Shown here piece by piece: positions 1 to 7,106 of a DNA stretch of 37,704 nt. The translations under genes and the position numbers were made by a program. Each line of letters begins with the position of its first letter. Position 1 is the first letter of the stretch. The notes under the pieces were generated by a model. That model was not told the origin of the DNA and made no database searches. It was given only the letters and a program-made list of their open reading frames with translations. The stretch comes from an uncultured Candidatus Saccharibacteria bacterium (GTDB lineage: Bacteria > Patescibacteriota > Minisyncoccia > Phycocordibacterales > DATDWN01): the NCBI GenBank assembly GCA_964586695.1, contig CAZPGQ010000004.1:16865-54568 (forward strand), given 5' to 3'.

Positions 1-932
1 TATTTTATCCCGCATAGCGCTTTTAGTGCCACCAAATCAGTATTTGTTAGTTTTTCGTTGATACCATTGTTCAACCTATACATTATCGCCTTTGAATCTT
101 CGTTGTGATCTAGTCCCAAAGCGTGACCAAGTTCGTGCGCCAAAACACGCACAAGTTTTGTTCTGTTTTCAAACTGATAAATATCTATTTGTTCACCATT
201 TTTATCTATCTTATACAACCCTTCATTAAATTCCCCTCCAAGATTGTCCCCTATTTTATTGAAATTTTTTACATTTATATTCAAAGTCGTTGCAAGCTGG
301 TTCAATGCAGAAACGAGCGAGTTTATTTGGTCCACATATGTATTCAGTCTGTTTTGGTCAGAAACTATTCCAGAACTTTCACTCTGCAAATAGTTTTTTT
401 CTGCGTTCAGTCGGTCAACAGTTGCTTTGTCACCACCACCTCGCCTATTTATCTTTGCTACTTCGGCCTCATACGCACTTTTCCTTGCATCAAATGCAGA
501 GACTCTATTGTTAAAAGCTATTTTTTGTTGGTTGTATGATGCAGTGATAGAGTCGTATTTTGCTTTGACTTCATTGTATGATGCGCGATCACTTTTTAAA
601 GAAATTCCCATGGACTGAAGTTTTGAAGTCGTTTCCTGTCGTGTGTCGTAGATTAAATTAACTTTCAAATTACCGTCTGTAGAGTAGTCAAACAAATTTT
701 TACCTATTGGTTTTTCCCAAATAGCCTCTGCATCCTTCATAGCAGAAAGAAAATCTGTTTTAGAAACACCAAAACGAGTATCGAACTCACCCAAACTATA
801 TGAAATAGGCGATTTACAAGGTAAATATGTCCTTTTTAAATAACTCAAGTAGTTTTCCAAAGTTGTATGAAAATAAAATATGACAAAAGCCAGTACCGCA
901 AGACTTATTATATTTTTTGAGGTGTTAGACAT
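1..932 (-). CDS. Matrixin-like (M10-type) zinc metalloprotease, N-terminal TM anchor; 3' end lies beyond the left window edge
   Basis: Missing from the ORF track because it runs off the edge. Hand translation of the minus strand from ATG (930-932) gives MSNTSKNIISLAVLAFVIFYF..., with HELGHALGLDH (HExxHxxGxxH, coded at 105-137) followed by AIMY (Met-turn-like). Its start overlaps the upstream stop as TAATG. Confidence 0.8.
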   Translation of the reverse strand, partial: MSNTSKNIISLAVLAFVIFYFHTTLENYLSYLKRTYLPCKSPISYSLGEFDTRFGVSKTDFLSAMKDAEAIWEKPIGKNLFDYSTDGNLKVNLIYDTRQETTSKLQSMGISLKSDRASYNEVKAKYDSITASYNQQKIAFNNRVSAFDARKSAYEAEVAKINRRGGGDKATVDRLNAEKNYLQSESSGIVSDQNRLNTYVDQINSLVSALNQLATTLNINVKNFNKIGDNLGGEFNEGLYKIDKNGEQIDIYQFENRTKLVRVLAHELGHALGLDHNEDSKAIMYRLNNGINEKLTNTDLVALKALCGIK

Positions 933-1420
933 TAAAAACTATCTATAGAATCTAGATTCTGTGAAATAATTATATCACCTTCTCCAAAAGTAAAACTTCC
1001 TTTTATCAACTTTCCGTTTAAGACCTCTGGTAACCAGAAAATATCATCTGGCCACATATCTTTAAAAGGAATTTTGTCTACAGCAAACCATTGAGGTTTC
1101 ATCTCTTCACTTTCGGAAGCGTCTCCAGACCATTTTTTACAAAAATAAATAGTAACTAACTGATCCCAAGATGGATTATTTTCAAAATAAAACTCTAATT
1201 CACCAACCTTATTCAATTCACCAACACTTACACCAATTTCCTCTAAGGCTTCTCTTTTTGCTGCAGACTCTATAGTTTCATTTACTTCCACCTTACCACC
1301 CACACCGTTCCACCTACCCACACCAAAACCTCTTTTTTTCATAGCAAGACAAATCTCATAAACTTTTCCTGATTTTTCATTAATTAGAAATACTAATGTA
1401 CTTTTTTTTAAATTTTTCAT
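932..1420 (-). CDS. Nudix hydrolase, MTH1/NUDT1-like (8-oxo-dGTP-type sanitising pyrophosphatase)
   Basis: Nudix box GGKVEVNETIESAAKREALEEIG. MKKRGFGVGRWNGVGGKV and IPFKDMWPDD closely resemble human MTH1 as I recall it. Start moved to ATG 1418-1420 (MKNLKKSTLVF) because the longer track ORF (to 1462) runs through tRNA-Ser. Confidence 0.85.
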   Translation of the reverse strand: MKNLKKSTLVFLINEKSGKVYEICLAMKKRGFGVGRWNGVGGKVEVNETIESAAKREALEEIGVSVGELNKVGELEFYFENNPSWDQLVTIYFCKKWSGDASESEEMKPQWFAVDKIPFKDMWPDDIFWLPEVLNGKLIKGSFTFGEGDIIISQNLDSIDSF

Positions 1421-1422
1421 AG

Positions 1423-1508
1423 CGGAGACGGCGAGATTCGAACTCGCGATACCTTTCGGCATACCACCTTTCCAAGATGGCGCACTAGACCAGCTATGCG
1501 ACGTCTCC
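1423..1508 (-). tRNA. tRNA-Ser (anticodon GGA), class II with long variable arm; no encoded CCA
   Basis: Hand-folded. Acceptor GGAGACG/CGTCTCC; anticodon stem CCATC/GGTGG with loop TTGGAAA; variable arm ATGCC-GAAA-GGTAT; T arm GCGAG-TTCGAAT-CTCGC; discriminator G. Confidence 0.9.
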
Positions 1509-1593
1509 TTTCTTATTATTTATTTCATTACAGGAACAGTATATCTTTCGCATTTTAATTACAAAACACTCAAGGTCTTGCGAAATAATAATA

Positions 1594-1899
1594 TCATTTC
1601 TCACCTTTTAAAATAATCTTCTCATCAAAACCCCCTCTTTCCTCTTTCTTTTTTAGTCTAATGTCCTCTACATTGGCATATTCTGGAAGTTTCTTAATTG
1701 CTTCTATCACTTCCAATACATCTGCCAACTCTTCAAGGCTTCCGTCCTGTGAATACTCTTCGGTTTCCTCTTTTAATTTCTTTACTAACTCTGACTTATA
1801 TTCTTCTGCACCAGCAATTCTTTTTTCATAATAAACCCTCTTCTTATCAAGAATCTCAGGGATCTTATCCCTAACGAGCTTATTATACAATGTAGTCAT
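1594..1899 (-). CDS. MazG-like / PRA-PH-like all-alpha NTP pyrophosphohydrolase (house-cleaning)
   Basis: 101 aa. N-terminal YNKLVRDKIPEI, acidic EExxE-type helices (LKEETEEY, LEELADVLEVIEAI) and C-terminal KKKEERGGF are typical of the small MazG-like family. Start is 1 nt after the GGDEF stop (TAG-T-ATG). Confidence 0.7.
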   Translation of the reverse strand: MTTLYNKLVRDKIPEILDKKRVYYEKRIAGAEEYKSELVKKLKEETEEYSQDGSLEELADVLEVIEAIKKLPEYANVEDIRLKKKEERGGFDEKIILKGEK

Positions 1900-1900
1900 A

Positions 1901-2500
1901 CTAGATTTCAGAAAACACTACCACTTTATTACGACCAGTGTCTTTTGCTTTATAAAGTGCGTTGTCGGCGTTTTTAATTAGATTTTCGAACGCAATATCA
2001 CCATCAAACTCCGCAACCCCAATACTAACTGTAATTTTGAGTTCACTTGGGTTATCAAAAGTCATATCTTCAACTTTTTTTCTTATCTCATCGGCCTTCA
2101 CCTTTGAATCCATCTCGTTGGAACCAAGCAATATAACAACAAACTCCTCACCACCCCACCTAGCAAAAATATCACCGACTCTCAAACTATTTTTCACCAC
2201 AGAAGCAAACTCTTTCAAAACCTTGTCTCCCACGTCGTGTCCATATGTATCGTTTATTTTTTTAAAGTGATCAATATCAAAAAACAAAAAAGAAATATCC
2301 CTGAAGCCTGCCCAGTCTCGACGTTTGCCACCCCTTACCTTTCCAGCAAAATCCAAATATTCTTTTGATTTTTCTTCGAAATATCCTCGAGTTTTTGCAG
2401 ATGTTAGTTTGTCGTGAATAAGTTCATTTTCAAGAGAATGAACTTTACTTTCCAACTCTGCAATTTTTTCTAATAATTCTTTGTTAGAAATATTATGCAT
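1901..2500 (-). CDS. Diguanylate cyclase (GGDEF domain) with N-terminal coiled coil and no sensor domain
   Basis: FFDIDHFKKINDTYGHDVGD, active site GGEEF, I-site RVGD exactly 5 residues upstream, C-terminal ALYKAKDTGRN. Confidence 0.9.
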   Translation of the reverse strand: MHNISNKELLEKIAELESKVHSLENELIHDKLTSAKTRGYFEEKSKEYLDFAGKVRGGKRRDWAGFRDISFLFFDIDHFKKINDTYGHDVGDKVLKEFASVVKNSLRVGDIFARWGGEEFVVILLGSNEMDSKVKADEIRKKVEDMTFDNPSELKITVSIGVAEFDGDIAFENLIKNADNALYKAKDTGRNKVVVFSEI

Positions 2501-2509
2501 AAAAGTATA

Positions 2510-3382
2510 TTACCACGAACCAGAACTACCTCCACCACCAGAAGAACCCCCTCCAAAACCACCGAAGCCTCCACCACCAGAACCCCCACCGCCTCTCATC
2601 CACCAAGGATATGTTCCAAGAGCTCTTGCTTTGCTGTATGAATTAGAAACAATATAATCCAAAAATAGTCCGAAAAGAACTAGAATGATTATTGTAGGTA
2701 TAGCCAATACAATACTAGCAATAAAGTATTGCCATATCGCCATACCAGCTATACCACCGATAACACCTCCTCCCCACCAGGACTTTGACCTTGCCAATAT
2801 AGCTGTCAAAAACTGTATCAAGACAATGACTCCAAAGAATACAAAATCCCAAGGTATATTACTTTTTCTTCCAGAATAATCTGCAGGGACCACATCTGTC
2901 CCACCCAGTGCATCTACCATACTGCCCACACCAAGACTTATACCATTATAATAATCCCCACTTTTAAAAGCTGGACTAATTATGTCGCTCTGTATATATG
3001 AAGTACCAATATCTGTTAGCAAACCCTCTACACCATAACCTGTATGGATTCTTGTCTTTCTATCTGCAAGAGAAATTAGCAAAAGCACACCATTATCTTT
3101 TCCTTTTTTACCTATTCCCCACTTTGTGAATATTTCCTGAGCAACATTTTCTATTGTATCTCCATCTAGTGATGGAATAGTTACAACAGCTATTTCATTT
3201 GTAGTATTTTTCTCATAATTATCCAACTTTGTTTCAAGATCCGAAACCTGTTGTGCCGTAAGCAAACCTGCATAGTCTTGGACGAAACCTGTCGGTCTTT
3301 CAGGCACAGCAAATGCAGTCACAAAAAGTGGTATAGCAAAAATACTTATGGAGAAAAATAACAAGTTTGATTTAGAGAACAT
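2510..3382 (-). CDS. TPM-domain (YgcG-like) membrane protein with Gly-rich C-terminal tail
   Basis: Signal/TM; then YAGLLTAQQVSDLETKL...NEIAVVTIPSLDGD...FTKWGIGKKGKDNGVLLLIS...RIHTGYG; then TM helices and a GGGSGGGGFGGFGGG tail. Confidence 0.8.
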   Translation of the reverse strand: MFSKSNLLFFSISIFAIPLFVTAFAVPERPTGFVQDYAGLLTAQQVSDLETKLDNYEKNTTNEIAVVTIPSLDGDTIENVAQEIFTKWGIGKKGKDNGVLLLISLADRKTRIHTGYGVEGLLTDIGTSYIQSDIISPAFKSGDYYNGISLGVGSMVDALGGTDVVPADYSGRKSNIPWDFVFFGVIVLIQFLTAILARSKSWWGGGVIGGIAGMAIWQYFIASIVLAIPTIIILVLFGLFLDYIVSNSYSKARALGTYPWWMRGGGGSGGGGFGGFGGGSSGGGGSSGSW

Positions 3383-3386
3383 AATT

Positions 3387-4223
3387 TTATGCTAAAGGTA
3401 AAACAGGATCCTTGGCTTTAAGATTAACCCAAACTACAACTAGCAATATAATTGTTGGCACAAAGCGAAACATCTTAATATTTATGAACAAAGACACCGT
3501 AGACAGAATCAACGGCAAAGTAATTGCATGAAGAGAAATTTGGTATGACTTTTTGTATGAAAGTCCCAATTTTCTTATTTTCCCAATAATAAATACAAGT
3601 AGTGCTACAAATAACAAGTAGAATAAACTGAATGCAAAATATAAGAATAGTCCTGTAAATACGATAACTGGAATTATATATGGCAGTTTTTTCACAAATG
3701 GTGTAACTTTCCCAACCCAATACACCAACTTGTCACGGTTAATAGTCAAATCAGAAGTTCCCTTCAATTCTGTTATAGTTATTTTTCCCTTATCTCTAGT
3801 TAGGACTGCATTCTTTGTCAAAAGTACAACAGTATTATAGGCATTAAACTTATCTAGAGATAAGTCACTTTTTGTATCTATAACAATCAAGTTCTCATAA
3901 TTTGACTTGCTGTATTCACTATTAAAATCGTCTTTCGGTAAAGGTATTATGTATGGCTCAACAACATTTGTTGATACTAATCCGTTCTTTAATCTAACTT
4001 CGAGTTCAGCAGGATATGCATCAACGACCCTGTCTCCAAAGGTGCTTATAAACGAATTTACTTTTGGAATTGAAACAAAAGATAAGTATACTGCACCAAC
4101 CAACGCCAAAAGTAATGACAATTTGAAGAAATATTTTAATGAACCACCAAAGTTCATATTTAATATTTCAGAATAGTACAATGGGTCATAAACACTAGAC
4201 TTAACTTTTTTAAGAAAGCTCAT
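3387..4223 (-). CDS. DUF1189 (YvdJ-like) polytopic membrane protein
   Basis: N-terminus SSVYDPLYYSEILNMNFGGSLKYFFKLSLLLAL resembles the DUF1189 signature. TM helices at both ends flank a soluble middle. Confidence 0.55.
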   Translation of the reverse strand: MSFLKKVKSSVYDPLYYSEILNMNFGGSLKYFFKLSLLLALVGAVYLSFVSIPKVNSFISTFGDRVVDAYPAELEVRLKNGLVSTNVVEPYIIPLPKDDFNSEYSKSNYENLIVIDTKSDLSLDKFNAYNTVVLLTKNAVLTRDKGKITITELKGTSDLTINRDKLVYWVGKVTPFVKKLPYIIPVIVFTGLFLYFAFSLFYLLFVALLVFIIGKIRKLGLSYKKSYQISLHAITLPLILSTVSLFINIKMFRFVPTIILLVVVWVNLKAKDPVLPLA

Positions 4224-4253
4224 ATTTATTTTGTTAATGTTAAAAATATGAAA

Positions 4254-4802
4254 CTAGAATTGGATTCGGGGATTCTCTTTTGCAGAATCTTCAACTTTGA
4301 AGTATGTCTTCTCACCAAATCCAAATAGTTTTGCAATAAATACAGTTGGGAATTTGCTTATGCTTGTGTCAAAAGTCTGAACCAACTGGTTATATTTCAT
4401 TCTTTCAACAGATATTCTGTTTTCTGTTCCCTCAAGAGAAGTCATAAGGTCCCTAAATGCCTGTGATGACTGTAATACTGGATAGTTCTCTACTATAACC
4501 AATAGTCTACTAACTGCTGACTCGTACTCTGAAGCAGCCTGAGCTTTAGCATCAGAAGTTGTTGACCCTGCATATTTCTTTCTAGCTTCTGCAATTGCTG
4601 AAAACACAGTGATCTCCTGTTTTACAACACCTTTTACTGTCGCTACTAGACTTGGTATCAAATCAAAACGTCTTTGAAGTTGGTTTTCCACCTGTGCCCA
4701 CTGAGCAGTTACCGCTCTGTCTTGTGTTATAAGTGAGTTGAAGCTAAATATAACCCACAAAGCAAGTATCGCTACCACTCCCCAAATCACTATTTTCTTC
4801 AT
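4254..4802 (-). CDS. lemA: LemA family protein
   Basis: Single N-terminal TM, then QWAQVENQLQRRFDLIPSLV...ENYPVLQSSQAFRDLMTSLEGTENRISVERMKYN. Start chosen at MKKIVIW (ATG 4800-4802); ATGs at 4838 and 4835 and the track start 4907 remain possible. Confidence 0.85.
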   Translation of the reverse strand: MKKIVIWGVVAILALWVIFSFNSLITQDRAVTAQWAQVENQLQRRFDLIPSLVATVKGVVKQEITVFSAIAEARKKYAGSTTSDAKAQAASEYESAVSRLLVIVENYPVLQSSQAFRDLMTSLEGTENRISVERMKYNQLVQTFDTSISKFPTVFIAKLFGFGEKTYFKVEDSAKENPRIQF

Positions 4803-4943
4803 ATTTTTCTCAAAAAAGCTCTGTTCTGTTGGCATCATAATAATTTTAGTTAACAATAATACAAGGATTATAACATATTTATTACAAAGGAATAGTTTGG
4901 AGACCAATTTGCTGTGGTTGCATTTTTACCAAACTTTGGTAAT

Positions 4944-5186
4944 ATGATACCCATCATGAGTATTACTGGAATGATTCCTTATATCCAAATTGTATTGTCT
5001 GTACTCCTTATTGGGGGCATACTCCTACAAAGATCAGAAGCTGGCCTAGGTTCTGCTTTCGGTGGAGGTGACAGTTTTTCTTCTGGATATCACACGAAAA
5101 GAGGCGCAGAGAAAGTGCTATTTACTGCTACTATTATTATAGCTATTCTTTTTGCTGCTACTTCATTCAGTCTTTTACTTCTGTAA
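4944..5186 (+). CDS. secG: Preprotein translocase subunit SecG
   Basis: LLIGGILLQRSEAGLGSAFGGG...RGAEKVLFTATIIIAILF: two TM helices around the Gly-rich loop. The track start 4914 is GTG; ATG 4944 (or 4956/4971) is more likely. Confidence 0.8.
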   Translation: MIPIMSITGMIPYIQIVLSVLLIGGILLQRSEAGLGSAFGGGDSFSSGYHTKRGAEKVLFTATIIIAILFAATSFSLLLL

Positions 5187-5337
5187 AATTCCAAAACTCG
5201 CGCATTTCTTTGTCGCTTCAATTTTTTGGTTCCCGCACAGTACTATTAGTACAGCTTGGTCACCAAAAAATCTTGCTCCTCGAACTGCATCAAGTTTAGA
5301 AATTTTTTAAATTCATTAATACTAAATATTTATTCTC

Positions 5338-7083
5338 GTGGACAAAGAATATTTGAAGTCTGTTGTAAAAAAAGAATGGAAAATTCCATTTGAAGAAAAA
5401 ATTATGCGAGTCATAAAGTCTTTTTCTCTTACAGAAAAAACTATTTTCTTCATATTCACTACTATATTTATAATAAGTGGTCTTACGCTTTTGTATCAAG
5501 TAAACAAACTGTTCCTTGTTGAAGTTCCGGACTACGGAGGAACACTAACAGAAGGTGTACTTGGTTCACCAAGATTTATCAACCCTCTTTTGGCATCTAG
5601 TGATATAGACAAAGACCTAACATCTCTTATTTATTCTGGGCTAATGAAATCTGACTCAAAAGGTAACCTGACCCCAGACTTAGCTGACAGATACACAATG
5701 TCTGCAGATTCACTTACATATACATTTACAATAAAAGACACTGCGGTATTTCATGATGGAGAAAAAGTTACTACAGACGACATAGTGTTCACTATAGAAA
5801 AAGCAAAAGATTCTGAACTTAAAAGTCCAAGGGAAGCAAACTGGGCTGGAGTAAAAGTAGAAAAAATAGATGACAAAACAGTTTCATTTACACTGAAACA
5901 GCCTTTTTCATCTTTTATACAAAACACAACTATAGGAATAATGCCGAAACATATTTGGAATAAGGCTACAATAGAAGAATTCCCTTTTAGTCAGTTCAAC
6001 ACAAAACCAGTTGGATCTGGACCATACAAAATAGACTATATTACGTACACTTCGAGCGGACTTCCTTCTGAATATCACCTAACAGCATTTAATGATTATG
6101 CTTTAGGCAAACCATACATAACAAAAATAGTAGTTAAAGCTTTTCAGAATGACAAAAACATAGTTGATGCATATAAAAATGGAGACATTGAAAGCCTGCA
6201 TAGCATCTCTCCAAGGGATCTTCCAGCACTACAGGTTGCCACTGATGAGATATTACTGTCACCACTACCTAGAATATTTGGAGTATTTTTTAATCAGAAC
6301 AACGCACCCGTACTTGTTAACAAAGAAGTTAGACAAGCTCTAAATATCGCAACAGACAAACAGGCTATTGTTGATAATGTTCTTGGTGGATACGGACAAA
6401 CAATAGAGAGTCCTGTACCTACAGACAACGTTTCAAAAATTTCAACAAGCACCAATCCAGATAGAATCTCAAAGGCCAGAGCAATATTAACAAAAGCTGG
6501 CTGGGTACTAAATGAGGATGGAATATTCCAAAAGAAGGACAAGAAAGATACAACTCTGCTTTCCTTCTCAATATCTACAGGAAATGTTCCAGAGTTAAAG
6601 GAAACAGCTTATCTCCTACAAAAACAATGGCAAGAAATGGGAGCAGAAGTTGGTGTAAAAATATTTGAGATTGGTGATCTAAACCAAAATATTATAAAAC
6701 CAAGAAAATATGATTCTCTACTTTTCGGAGAAGTGATCGGAAAAGATGTAGACTTGTATCCTTTCTGGCATTCATCACAAAGATTTAGTCCTGGACTCAA
6801 TATTGCTCAATATGCAAATCTAAAAGCAGACAAAATATTGGAGAATATAAGAAGTTCAGACAATCAAGATGAGAAGGAAAGTTATTTAAAAAATTTAGAC
6901 AAAGAAATACAAAATGACTCCCCTGCAGTATTCACCTATTCCCCATACTTTATTTACATAGTTCCAAAGAAAGTTCACAACGTAAATATAGGGAAGGTTA
7001 CATCACCAGGAGATAGATTTGCAGATATAACCAAATGGTACATAGAAACAAATAACATCTGGAAAATATTTAAAAAAGATTAA
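5338..7083 (+). CDS. ABC-transporter substrate-binding protein, family 5 (peptide/nickel type), TM-anchored, no cognate permease nearby
   Basis: GGTLTEGVLGSPRFINPLLASSDIDKDLTSLIYSGL and overall length fit SBP_bac_5. GTG at 5338 or ATG at 5404 (MRVIKSFSLTEKTIFF...) are both possible starts. Confidence 0.8.
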   Translation: MDKEYLKSVVKKEWKIPFEEKIMRVIKSFSLTEKTIFFIFTTIFIISGLTLLYQVNKLFLVEVPDYGGTLTEGVLGSPRFINPLLASSDIDKDLTSLIYSGLMKSDSKGNLTPDLADRYTMSADSLTYTFTIKDTAVFHDGEKVTTDDIVFTIEKAKDSELKSPREANWAGVKVEKIDDKTVSFTLKQPFSSFIQNTTIGIMPKHIWNKATIEEFPFSQFNTKPVGSGPYKIDYITYTSSGLPSEYHLTAFNDYALGKPYITKIVVKAFQNDKNIVDAYKNGDIESLHSISPRDLPALQVATDEILLSPLPRIFGVFFNQNNAPVLVNKEVRQALNIATDKQAIVDNVLGGYGQTIESPVPTDNVSKISTSTNPDRISKARAILTKAGWVLNEDGIFQKKDKKDTTLLSFSISTGNVPELKETAYLLQKQWQEMGAEVGVKIFEIGDLNQNIIKPRKYDSLLFGEVIGKDVDLYPFWHSSQRFSPGLNIAQYANLKADKILENIRSSDNQDEKESYLKNLDKEIQNDSPAVFTYSPYFIYIVPKKVHNVNIGKVTSPGDRFADITKWYIETNNIWKIFKKD

Positions 7084-7106
7084 AAATAAAAATTAACAAT
7101 AAAATT

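Noticed and set aside
123-618. Three overlapping plus-strand ORFs from the supplied track (123-539, 290-514, 427-618)
   Set aside because: Their translations are low-complexity Phe/Ile/Leu-rich strings with no motifs. The opposite strand encodes an uninterrupted matrixin-type protease with a HExxHxxGxxH site, so these are antisense artefacts.
1421-1462. N-terminal extension (MPKGIASSNLAVSA) of track ORF 932-1462
   Set aside because: The extension is the reverse-strand reading of the tRNA-Ser 3' half. The Nudix fold begins at MKNLKKSTLVF.
2513-2600. GGT/GGA-rich repetitive DNA at the 3' end of the TPM gene, considered as a possible tandem repeat or array
   Set aside because: It simply encodes the Gly/Ser-rich C-terminal tail (GGGSGGGGFGGFGGGSSGGGGSSGSW) that is typical of YgcG/TPM-family proteins.
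5222-5270. Hairpin TTTTTTGGT...ACCAAAAAA enclosing GTAC-TATTA-GTAC downstream of secG, considered as a small RNA or terminator
   Set aside because: - The 9-bp outer stem is mostly A-U, and no U-tract follows it on either strand.
- I saw no tRNA-like or riboswitch-like motif.
- At most it is a weak secG transcript-end structure, which is not enough to call.
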